From positions 2,790,001-2,854,000 of the forward strand of contig CAKKNE010000002.1 in assembly GCA_918797485.1 (NCBI GenBank): a stretch of DNA of 64,000 nucleotides, given 5' to 3'. Position numbers and translations under genes: made by a program. The notes beneath the pieces are model-generated. The model was given only the letters and a program-made list of their open reading frames with translations. It searched no databases and was not told the origin of the DNA. The DNA is from Pelagomonas calceolata (Eukaryota). Positions 11,008 to 23,000 of the stretch are shown here, piece by piece. Every line of letters begins with the position of its first letter. Within the stretch, counting starts at the first letter, position 1.

Positions 11008-14000
11008 ATGGCCGCAGACGAACAATTAAGAAAACTCCTCGCCGCCCATGCCCCCAAAAGGACAACCACCGCCGCGCCTCCACAGCCCATCGACGACGAG
11101 GGCGCGGCCGCCGCGGCGCGCGCGGAGCTGCGGCGCCAGCGGCCGGCGTCGCGGAGCGACGCGCCGGCGGAGACGCTCGAGAGCGCGCTGAGCCAGGGCT
11201 CGGCGCGCGCCTTGGCCGCCGCGCTGGCGCGCATGCCCGCGAGCGGCGCGGCGACCGAGGCGCAGCGCGCCGACTGTAGAAAATTATTAGCCTTGCGGCC
11301 GCTGCCCTTGGATCGGTACGCGGCGGCATTGGCGGCGGCGGCCGAGCGCGAACGCGACGCCGCCTATAGAAGGGCGCGCGCCCGATTGCGCTTCGTCGAC
11401 GGCGGCGAGGCGACCGGCCCGGACGAGTTCGACGCGACGCGCATCGGCGCGCTGGCGGCCTGCTCCCAGCTCCGGGCGCCGCGCAAGCGCGACGTGGCCG
11501 CGGGCCGCGCGCGCTACTACTTCGAGGCGTCGCTCCGGTCGGCGGGCGCCGCGGGTACCTTAGGATGGGGCCGCCACGAGGCCGACGGGTCCACCACGAT
11601 CGTCGCCGCCATCACCTTTCGGGGCGGTATTAGGGAAGCGAGCTGGTCCTCGGTCGAAGACGATTACGGCGAGGACGTCGCTCTACTCAATGAAGAAGAC
11701 GAGCCGCCGGCGCCGCCGGCGCGGCGGCCGCGGCGCACGCCGGGCCAGCACCCTAATTCGGTCCAGGCGCCGCCGCAGCGCGTCGCCGGCTGTCTCTATG
11801 ATGCGCACTCGAACAGCGTGGCCTTTGCGCTCGACGGAGTCTGCGTGCGCGTGTGCCGCGTGCCGGGCGACGGCGGCCTCTTCCCGATCTGTCGGGCAGA
11901 CCCGAGCGCCGCGCCGTTAGATGATGATGATGAAGACGAGGAGCGCAAGGAGGCCGAGACGCGCGGCGTGCGGCTGAACGCGGGCGCGCAGTCTTTTAGT
12001 CGAGACCCCGAGGGGCTCGCGGCGTCGCTGCAAAAGGCCCTGCAACTCAAGGGCGAGCCGCGGCTGCGGTGTCGAGCCGCGCGGTCCGCGACGCGGGCGA
12101 CGTTTCTCAGAGGGGCCGTCAAAGCGCAAGCGACGGACGTGGCGACGCTCGAGGTCGTGTGCCGCTTCGATGAAAAGCCACCAGCACGCGTCTGCGTCGC
12201 GCGCGCGCCGGCCATGAGTTTGTGGGTGGAATTTGACGAAGACCGAGAACGGTGCGTCTGCGCGTTTTCCGGGTCAAGTGTCGCGTCGCCCTGGGTCCAG
12301 GCGCGCTTGGAGCGCTGGCGCCATCTCGCCGTGAGCATCGGCGACGACGGCCCGCCCTCGATGTACGGCGACGGCGCGCTGCTCGACGCGGCGCCGTGCG
12401 AGTTTGAACAAAATGATAGTGACGACGTCGCCTTCGGCCTGCCCTGCGACGACACGGCAGACCAATTCTGCGGCACTATTTCAGAGTGCCGCGCGTGGTC
12501 TTCATCTAGAACGCCGCGCGCCGTCTCGGCGCGGTGCGGCCGCGGCGCGTGCGCCGGCGACGAGCCGGACCTCATAGGCTTGTGGCCCCTCGACGAGGGC
12601 GTGGGTGGCGAAGCGCGGAACTGCGCCGTCCGGGCGCCGTCACCACTCAAGGAGGCGTGCGCCGTGTCTTCCGATGCATGGGTGCATGATGGTGATAACG
12701 ACGACGACGTCGAGACCGTCAGTCTACCGCAAGGCGACCCCGACGTGCTGGATCGGGAGGCCTTCCGGGACCCGGGCGACGACGACCCTGCGGAGCTGAC
12801 GGACGCGCTGATGGCTTGCGTGACAAGGGCTCGGGACGAAGAAGAGGCGTCGCTCCAAGTATTATCAATAGCGGCCCACGCGCGCACCTTCCAGCTGGCC
12901 TCTGTTGCATTGTGGGCCCAGCGCAGCGACGAGGACCAGGCTCGACGGTTGCGGGCGGACGCCGACGACGCGACGCGCTTGGTCGCGGGCCGGCCCCAGC
13001 TGCCGGCGGCGCTGCCGGCCTGCGCTTCTATGTTAACGCGGAGCCTCGCTTCCGTAAATGAGGTCTCGGCCGCCGCGGCGCTGTGCGCGGCGCGCTGGGC
13101 GCGCGCCGCCGCGGGGTGGCTACGAAGGTCGCGCGCATCGACGCGCGAGGCGGCGTTACCTAAAGCCGTGCGCGAGGAGCTGGTAAGGGCGGCCGTGCGC
13201 GTCGCCGAGGGGGCCCTCGGCACTGATGATGATATAGTGAGAAGGCACGCGCGCGTCGAGTGCGCGCGCCTCGTCGCCGACCACGCCGATCTGTTGTTTG
13301 ACGCCGTCGATGCAAGAAGGTCCTGCTTCGTGCGGTCGTTGGAGGACCACCCGGGCCTCCTGGCCGAGTTTCTTGGGAGGAGGTACGCGGCGAGCCCGCA
13401 ATTGTTGTCCGAGCTCGTGCCGCCGTCACTCCGGCCCGTGCGCTTGGGTAAGGCCCGGCGCCTCTGCACGAAGGCGGCGCAGGATGCCATTGATGACGCC
13501 AAAGCATTGACCGGGAATGGCGTCGAGTACACGGACAGGGCGCCGTGCCGGCGAGGCGACGTTTGCATTCTCACGACGCGGTCGCCGCGCGAGGCGCGGA
13601 CGGTGGGCATCGTGACGGACGTGGACGGCAACAATATAAAAGTAGAGTGGCGCGAGGGGCCCCGGAAGCGGCGGGCCGACCCGGTGCAAAAGTATCCCAA
13701 TGGAGACGTGTTGTTACGAAGGTGCTCGGCGCGGCGGGTCCTGGGGCCCGCGCTCGTGGGCGACGACGACGCGCCGCGGTGCCCGTCGGCCCTCAAGAAG
13801 CGGGTCTTAGTGGATGGCCTACGGCTCGTGGCGACGCGGAGCTGGCTCGCGCGGCGGCGCTTGTTGCTCGAGCCGCCCGACGCGCTGCCCGACGAGGCCA
13901 GCGGCGAGCCGCCGCCGGACCCGCGCGGCGACGTGGCGCGTTCGCGGACCTGCGACGACCTAAGAGCGCTCTACGAGGACGCGTGCGGCGAGTTCGGCTA

Positions 14001-17000
14001 TTGGCCGGCGACGCTCGACGACGCGACGGCGAACCAAGGCGAGGCCGAGGCGCGGTGCCTGACGTTGTTCGGGCGACTCATAGAGCTGCTCGACGGCCAC
14101 GCCTGGGCGCGGGACTTGTTTGACGCCATGCTCGCCGAGGCCGGCGCCGACGACGAAGAAATTGATAGTGAGCGCTTCTGCGGCGCGCCGCGGGTGCTGA
14201 GCCGAGTGGCGCGCGACCTCATGACTATTCCAAATCAAAAAGAGCGCGCCCTGTCCGCATTAGCCGCGCTGGCGCGCTTCGACGCCGTGGACGGCGCCGC
14301 GGCCAAAGAGCTGCTCGCCGCGCTCAAGAACAAAGCGGACGGGCCCGCGGCGGTCGTGGCGCGCGTCGCCGGGCTGGCCCTCGCGGCGCTGGCGCGGCCG
14401 CCGCCCCTGGCCTTGCAGGGCGTCGAGCCCTGCGCCTTTGACGAAGGCACGGGCGAGGCGGCCGTTCCCGCGTTCGCCTCCGTCAAAGACAACTGCACGT
14501 CCGTCGCCGCGCCTCTCCTAAATCTGGGCGGTGCCGTCCTCGAGCCGGCCGTCGAGGCACTCTGGCGCGCGAGCGTGATGCTCGGAGGCGACCCGGCGGA
14601 CGCGTTCGCGACGGCCGCGCCGGGCGTTCGCATCTGGGCCAAGGGCCGCGCCGCGGAGCACGTCCTCGAGGCGAGCGCGGCCCACGTCGTCGCGGCGAGC
14701 GCCGCCCTGGCCACGCTCGCGGCACAAGCGGCGCCGGCCGTCGCGCTCCGCGAGGCGACGCGCGACGACGCCGCGGAGCGCTGCCTGGCCTTCCGCCGGC
14801 GCGCGGCGCGGCGCGCTTCTGCTGCATCCAATCGCCGCTGGGCCCTGCGCGCGGCCCTCGAGCTCTACGAGGCGCTGCCGCCCGCGGCGCGCGGCCCGCT
14901 CGCGCGCGAGATCGCCCGCGCGCTCTGGCCGGGCTGCAACGCGGTGACGCCCCCGGACCGGGACGCCCTGGCCTACGCGCAGCGCGCGGTCGCCGCGGAC
15001 GGGTCCTTCGCGGCGCTCTACGGCGCGCTGGGCGAGGACGCGCTCCGGGCCGCGCGCGCGGGCGACGACGTCGCGCCGCTCCTGTCCTGCTTCTCCGACG
15101 ACACGCTGCCGCCAGAAACGGTGGAGACGCTCGTGAGCGTCGAGCGGGCGCTGCGGGACCGCGGGCGGCACGACGACGCGCGCGCGGCGCTCGAGACGCT
15201 CTTCAAGGTCCGGGCGCCGGCCGCGGCCCTCCTCGCCGCGGCGACGGCGCACGCGGCCAAGCTCCCCGAGTCGCACGCGGACCGCGCCTGCGCCGCGGTC
15301 TGCTTCGCCGTCGCGGACGCCGAGGGCGCCGCCTGGGCGCCGTTCTGCGCCGAGGTCGTCGCGCGGGCGCCGCCGCACGGCGACGCGCGCGCCGCCGGCT
15401 GGCGCCTCGCGGAGACGCTGCTGAAGCGGCCGGAGGCCGCGGGCGATGCTATTTGCGCCCTCGCGGCGCGCGCGCTCGAGGGCTGCCCGCGGCCGGGGCC
15501 CGCGCGCGCGGCGCGCGCGGCGCTCTGCCTCCCGGCGTCGGGCGCGGCGCCCCTCGCCGTCGCGACGCTGGCCGAGGGCGGCGCCAAGGCCACGGCCCTC
15601 CTCGAGGCGATCGGTCTGACGACCTTTCTGGGCGTCGACGGCCACGCGGAGAACCTCGACGGCGTCGCGGACGACGTCGCGGCGGCGGTCTTCGAGCTCT
15701 TCGCGACGCGCTGCCTCGACAACTCCGACTCCGAAAGCGACGAGCGCGGCCGCGCCGCCGCCGCGGCCGCGGCCGTGGCGCTGGCCGTCGCGGGCGTCGC
15801 GTCGGACGCGGGCCGCGCGCGGCGCGCGCGGCTGCGCGAGACGCTCGCGCGCGAGGGCCGCGGCGCGGCGCTGCTGCGCCTGGCGGCCGCGCCGCTCGCG
15901 GGCGTGCCCGGCCTCGGGGCCCTCGCGCGCCTGAAGGACGCCGCGACCGACGCGCGGCCCGCGGAGACCGCCGACGCGGCGGCCGTCGAGCGCCTCGCGG
16001 AGATGGGCTTCGACCGGGGCTGGTGCGAGACCGCCCTGCTCGACGCGCGCGGCGACGTCGACGCGGCTTTGGCGACGCTGCTTGGCCGCGCCGCGGACGC
16101 CGAGGCCGCGGCGGAGGCGCCCCCGGCGACCGACGACCCGTTCCCGCGCCACTACGCCTGCGAGCGCGCGGCGGTCGTCGTGCGGTCCGCGCCGCGGCGG
16201 ACGGCCCCGGCCGTCGCGCGCCTCGTCGACCACGACGTCGTCGCCGTCGAGCAGCGCGGCGCGTGGCTGCGCGTGCGCGCGGCGCGGCGCGGCGGCGGCG
16301 CGGCGCCACCGCGCGACGCCCTCTACGCGGCGTTCCAGGGCGGCCGCGTGGCGCTGAGCACGGGGTCCGTCGCGTCGACGGACGACGACGCGCCCGCGGC
16401 GCCGGCGCTGCATTTATTGAGGCGGGGCCTCGACACACCGGCGACGCCCGCCGCGCTGAGCGCCGAGAACTTGAGAAGGCGCCTGCGCAGCGACGGCGTC
16501 GTCCTGGGCAGCGGCTTCACGCCGCCGGAGCAGCAGCGCGCGCCCTCGGAGGTGAGCGCCGCGCCGTCGGAGATGACGGCGAACGTGAGCGACGTCGGCG
16601 AGCTGCTGCGCGGGTCGCGCCGCCAGGTCCGCGAGGTCACGGTCCAGGAGGAGCTCGACGACGACGACGACGACGGGGGCGACGACCAGGGGTCGCTCGT
16701 CGAGCCGGCCGGGTCTTTGATCGAGGACGCGTCCGCGGCGCCGAGCGTCTCGGCCACGGAGACGGAGGACGCGACGCGGACGACGGCGATCGACGCGTCC
16801 GTGGCGTCCTTCGAGCCGCCGGCGCGGCGCGCCGCGTCCATCGCGTCGAGCTGGACGAACGCGCGCGCGTCGCTCGCGGGCGACGACGGCGTGTCGGACC
16901 GCATCTCGGAGCAGCCCGATCAGGAGGAGTCCGACGACGCGTCGCTCGACGACGAGGACGCGTCGCTGGTCGAACCGGCGCGCGCGCCGCGGCCGCCCGC

Positions 17001-20000
17001 CCAGGCCTCCGGCTGGGTCCTCGCGGCGGACCTCGCGCCCTTTTGCGTGCGGCCCCGCCGGGCGCGCCCGGCCCGGGGTCCCGCGCCCTACCCGGGCCTC
17101 GAGCGCGACGTCGGCGACGAGGCCTACCGCCGCGACGACCGCTTCTTCGGCGCGCGGCACGGCAGCTCGCCGCCAGACGCCGACGCCTGCGCGGACGGCG
17201 CTCGAAGTGGATCAAGTCCGCTGGGCCGGACGCGGCGCGCGGCGCGCGCGGCGCCGGACGCGTGCTGGGCCGCGCTCTGGCGGCTGCGCGCGCGCGAGCT
17301 GCTCGTGGCTTTAGTGTCCGCGTGGGCGGCCGGCGACGAGGGCGTCGTCGAGGACGCGCGGCCGCTCGTCGCCTTATTGAGCGATGAGGAGGGCGTGCCG
17401 CGCGAGTTCGCGTCGTTTTTGGCGCTGGTCCTCTTCCGCGACTGGCGGCCGGCGTGGTGGCCGCGCGACGCGACGGCCAAGGCCTTGACGGGCCGGCCCG
17501 CGGCCGCGCCGCTGTCCTTTGAGCTGCGGGGCGCGCTGCTGCCGGCGCTGCTGCAGCGGCCGACGCGGCTGCTGCTGCGCCACGCGACGTTCGGGCCGCC
17601 GCTCGCCGCGGCGCTCGCGGACGTCTGTAGGCGGCACGTCGCGACGGACGCGGGCCCGAAGGCCGACGCGGACGCCTGCGCGGTGCTGTTTGGGGAGGAA
17701 GACGACCCGCTCGTCGTGAACGACGACGACGCCGTGAAGGGCGGCCGCCTCGCACTCGCGCAGTGGTGCTGCCGGACGCTCACGGAGGAGCCCACGGCGG
17801 CCCTCGACGGCGCCTTCGACGCCTTTTCGTCGCTCCTCGCGAGCGACGACCTGCGGCGCAAGCAGCACGCCTGCGCCGAGCTCGCGCGCGTGCTCGCGGC
17901 GCTGCAAGACCGCGGCGACGACGACAAAGCCTCAGAGCTCGCGCGGCGGCTGCCGCGGCGGCGCCTCGAGAATTTAGCAAGGCGGCGGTGCCTGCGCGAG
18001 GCCGAGGACGCGCCGGTCCACTCGCGCGTCTGCCAGGCCTTCGTGGACCTCGCGGCGCGCGTGAGGGCGCTCTGCCCGGCCGACGGCGAACATGACCGGG
18101 CGCGCTTCGCGCTCGAGCTGACGGGCGGCGAGGCGCGCGTCGAGGTGAACGCCGGCGACGTGCCGCCGCCCTGGACCGCGGAGTTCGTCTTGCGCCGCGA
18201 CCGGCTCGACGACGCGGCCGAGCCGCCGAACGACGACTCCGACGAGGACGACGACGACGCCACGGACGGCGGCGCGACGTGGCTCGCGCCCGTCGTCCTC
18301 GCGGGGTCGCGCGCGGGCGCGGAGCTGCGCCTCCAGCACGGCGGCGCGGCCTTTGGCGACGGCGGGCCGGACGCGCCGGACGAGGCCGCGTGCGTCTCCG
18401 TCGACGGCCAGACCTTTGAATATAAAGTGCCCACGGAGAAGTGGGTTCACCTCGCCTTCGTCTGCCGCGAGCGGCGCGCGACGTCGACGGCGGCGCTCTG
18501 CCCGCGCGCGTTCGACTCTTACGAAGCGGCGCCGAAGCACGTCGTCGAGCTCTTCGCGGACGGCCGCCTCGTGGGCTGCGTCGCGAGCGCGGCGGCCCTG
18601 CCGCTGGGCGCGGTGGGGCTGGTCGAGGGCGCGGCGCCGTCCACAGAAAAGCGGCCGCGCGCGCCGCCCGCGCGGTCGCCGCGCGCGCGCGTCGCGCTCG
18701 CGCGCTACTGGTGCGTCGCGCGCACGGCGGCGGACGTGCGGCGGTCCTGCGAGCGCCAGGCGCCCCTGGGCGCCGCCCGCGGGTTGTTGGCGGCCTTTCG
18801 GTTGGCCTTTGACGACGCCGAGGACGCGGGCTGGCCCGCGACGCGCGCGCCGTCCGTCGTGGAGGACGCCACGGGGAATCATCGAAGCGTGAACCTCGCG
18901 GGGGGCGCGGTCTGGATCAAGGCGCCGCGCGCGCCGCTCGAGCCCATCTGCAAAGAAAGAGAGCCCTTTGACTTTTTGGAGGCGCGCGGCACGACGACGC
19001 GACGGGCCGTGACCGGCGTGCAGGCCGGCGTGCTAGCCCGGGACAAGAACGAGGCCTTTGTGTTGCGACTAAGACGCAAGGGCGCGCAGCATTTGGAAGG
19101 GGAGGCCGAGTGGACGGAGCGCGGGCTCGTCTGCGCGGTCAAGGGCTCCGTGAAGGAGGACAAGTTCCGCGTGGTCGTCGGCGACGTGCTGCACGGCTCG
19201 TGCGGCGACGACTCCGACGACGACCCCGGGAGAGCCGACGACGAGCGCGCCTGCGACGGCTGCTGCGCGGTGTCGCCGCGCGACGCCGTTATTTCCGGAG
19301 AGCGGACGGCGTTCGGCGAGTGGTCCGGTAGTGTGGAGTTCGAGGTCGACGCGGTGCAGAAGCACTATGTGGACCAGGGTTTGTTGGACGAGGCGGCGCT
19401 GCCGAAGGGACTAGACGTGAGAGAAGTGGGCGGTGCGTTCGCGGACGCGAACGACGCACTCAGGACGCCGCGGCGCGCCCTGGTCGTGGCGGCCGCGAGC
19501 GGCGGGCGGTTCTGCGGCGTGGCGTCGGCGCCCGTCGCTTTTGATGGAGAGAGCGACGAGGACGACGCGCCGGCGTGCGACGCGTCGCGGCTCAAGGACG
19601 ACGACGCCGGCGTCAAGGCCGGCGACGCGTCGCTCGCCGCCGACGTCGCGGCCCGGGCCTGCGCGCGGAAGCTGTCGTCGTTAGATCTGGACAAGCCCCA
19701 GGCGCCCATCAAGGCCCAGGTCGACGCGGCGCTGGAGTTGGCAGACGCGGCGCGCGTCGCGCGCGCGAAAGCGCGGCGCCTGAATAAGCCCGTGGCCGAC
19801 GCGGCGACCTGCGCCGAGCGCGCGCGGCGGCGCGACGCGGGCCCGCCGCCGCGCGAGGTCTCGGCCAAGAAGCCGCCTCCCCAAAAGCCGCAAGACCCCG
19901 TGCCGCGCGGGTCGAGCGGCGGCCGCACGTCCACGAAGATCGTGGAGAAGGCGCCCAACCTCGGCTCGGCCAAGCAGAACACGCGGATTGTGGGCGAGCC

Positions 20001-23000
20001 GCCCGCGGGCACGCTGCACGTGCGGATCCGCGACAACGTCGCCGCGCTCGGCGAGGAGACCTACTTTAAGGTGAAGTGGTCGACGCGCATGGAGCGCGTC
20101 TTCCAGGCCTACGCCGTGCGCAAGCGCAGTTCGCTCGACACGCTGCGCTTCCGGCTCCCGGGCGCGGACCGCGACATCGGCATGGACGAGACGTCCACCA
20201 GTCTCGGTCTGGAGGATTTGGCCTTAATAGACTGCTTCGCCAAGGAGCCTGAGGAGCTCATGAAGGAGGAGGAGCTCGCGCCCGCGCGCGCCGTCGAGGC
20301 CGCCGTCGACGCGGCGCTCGACGCGGCGCGCGCCGCGGCCGAGGCCGAGGCGCCGCCCTCACCACCGCGGCCGGGCCGGCCGCGGCCGCCCTCGTCCCCC
20401 AAGCAGGAGGCCGACGCGAAGGAGGCCCGGGACCTCGACCCGCCCTCGTCGTCGAAGAACGAGGTCGGGTCCTTCGGCGCGACGAGCGGCGTCTGGTGCT
20501 GGGAGTGGGAGGCGCGGCGCGTCGCTTCCGGTGACGTCGGCGTTGGTCTAGTGGCGGCGGGCCACGACGCGACCACGGCATTGGGCGGATCGAAGACGTC
20601 GCCGTGGTGCTACCGGTCGTGCGGCGCTCTGGCGGGCCGAGGCGAGGTGCGAAGCGCGCCGGCCTTCGGGGCGGGCGACGTGATCGGCGTCGAGCTGCGG
20701 ATCGAGGGCGGCAGGGGCTCCGTGCGCTTCTACAAGAACGACGTCGAGGCCACGGCGCAGCAGGCCACGGAAGCGTCGCTGGCGACGCTGAAGATCGCCG
20801 AGATCCCGGAGGGGGGCCTGCGGCCGGCGTGTCATGTGGGAGGCGCCGGCGACGCGCTCATCTGGCGGGGCTGCAAGCGCGGGCGGTCCGCTCGGTCGTA
20901 CGCGCCCGAGGGCTGCGAGGACTGCGACGGCGCGCGGTCCTACGAAGGTTCATACGACGCGCGGACGGGCGCGCGCCACGGGCCTAGTGGTGTGGTCCGC
21001 TACCGGCGCTGCGCGGGCCGCTGGGTCGGCCCGTGGCGGCGCGACCGCATGCACGGCGTGCAGCTCTGGGTCGAGCCGGCGCCGGCATCCCAGGAGGCGT
21101 CGGCGTTTTGCGACGGCGACGAGATCGTGGCGCCGGTCTTATTCCTGGACGGGCGGCGCATCCGCGCGTTGGACGACGAGGACGGCGCCGAGGCGATGCG
21201 CTCCTACTTCGCGTCCAAGGCCCAGGCGCCGGAGGAGGCGGCCGCGGAGGAGCAACCGGCGCTGTCCGAGGAGGAAGACGACGAGGACTGCGGCGAGGAC
21301 CAGCCGCCCTGGACCTTGCGTGTCGTTTACCGAGAAGGAGCCACCGCCAGGCGAGGCGTAGAAATCGACGCGAGCGATGTGGTCGGGCGCGTCGGCGCGG
21401 GCGAGGAGGTCGTGGCCCATAAGCGCGCGGTGACGCAGGACGGCGTGCCGCGCTACCTGGTCAAGCTGCCCCGGTCGGGCGACGAGGAGGACAAGTCGGG
21501 CTGGATCTCGGAACGATTAAGAGGCGGCGCGCGCGACGCGGTCTGTGTGGTCCTAAGACACGTCGTGCGGGGCCGGCCGCTGCGCTATCGGGTCGTGCGG
21601 CCGGGCGGCGCCATGGTGCGCGCGACGCCTTCCTTAGATGGCGCGGAGGTCGGTCTCGCTCCGGCCTGGACGGCGCTGAACGTGGCCGAGCGCGTCAGAT
21701 TGCCGGGCGGCACGACGCGGTTGCGGGTCGTGGCGCCGTCGCGCTGGGCGGGCTGGGCGTCCGAGAAGGATCATATTGTCCGGCGCGAGCCGTCGCGCGC
21801 GGAGGTGGCGCGGGCCGCCCGCGCGCGCGAGGCGCGGCGGAGGCGGCGCGTGCGTAAAGCGCGGGAGGACGCCGACAAGGCACGCGTGACGCGGCTCGAA
21901 AGGAAGCGTAGGGCCAAGCGGCCGGCCGTCGAGTTGCCTCCCGTGAGGGCGACGTGGGCCTGCCGCGCGGAGACGCGCCACTTGCTGGATCGAAGGGAGT
22001 GCGGCGCGGGCCTGAAGGTAAGCGAGGACCTGCTGACGGCGACGTGCACGGCGCCGCGGCGAGGCCGCGGCCTCGCGCTGGCGTCGACGCGCATGCGGAC
22101 GGGGCGGCATTACTGGGAGGTCGCCGTCGAGCGCGCGACGTGGGGCTCCGTGTTTGTGGGCGTGGCGGCCGTCGGCGCGGGCCGCGGCCCGGCGGCGCCG
22201 CTCAAGGCGCCCGGCGCGGCCGCCGGCTGGGCGGGCGTGGGGTTCGTGAACTACCGGGCGACGCAGGCCTTCGGCGCCGAAGCTTTGTATGGCTCGTACT
22301 ACGGCCCCGGCGACGTCGTCGGCGTTTTATTAGATTGCGATCGAGGCACTTTGTCTTTCGTGAAGGATGGAGACGATTTCAACGCGGGCCGGGCCGTCGT
22401 GGCCCATTTAGGCACGGCCTACAGCGATGTGTGGCGGCGGTTCGGGCGAAGTTGCCCTGGCGCTCGGGCCGGGCTCTACGCCTGTTTGGGCTTGAAGGGC
22501 GACGGCGACCGGCTGAGCCTGCGCGGCTCCAAGGCCTGGACCGACGGCATGGACGTGCCGCCGCGATTGGACGCGTTCCAACGGGCGGCGGGCGGCATCG
22601 AAGCGCTACGCGCGTTCGCCGAAGCGCGGCGGTTTTCGACAGCGCTCCCGGACGCGTTCCGCGCGGCGGCCGCGGCCGCGACGGCGAAGTGGCGCGAGAC
22701 CTTTGATGGGGTGCAAGGGAAGCGGGTCCTCGCGCGGTCGCGCGCGCGCGTCGACGTCGCGCTCGACGCGTCGGAGGAGGCATTCGCGAAAGCATTGGAC
22801 CGCGCGGGCCGGCCCGAAGCCCAGCTCAAGGCCGGGGACACGGTCGACGCGCCGCACGGCAACGGCGTCGTGCTCGGCTGCGACGCGCACCATCGCGTCT
22901 GGGCGGCGGTGCCGGGCGTCGACGACGACAGGGCCTGGTACTGGACGCCCGAGGAGCTCGCGCGGCGACTCGACGACGGGTTGGTGGCGCCGGCCTCGGA

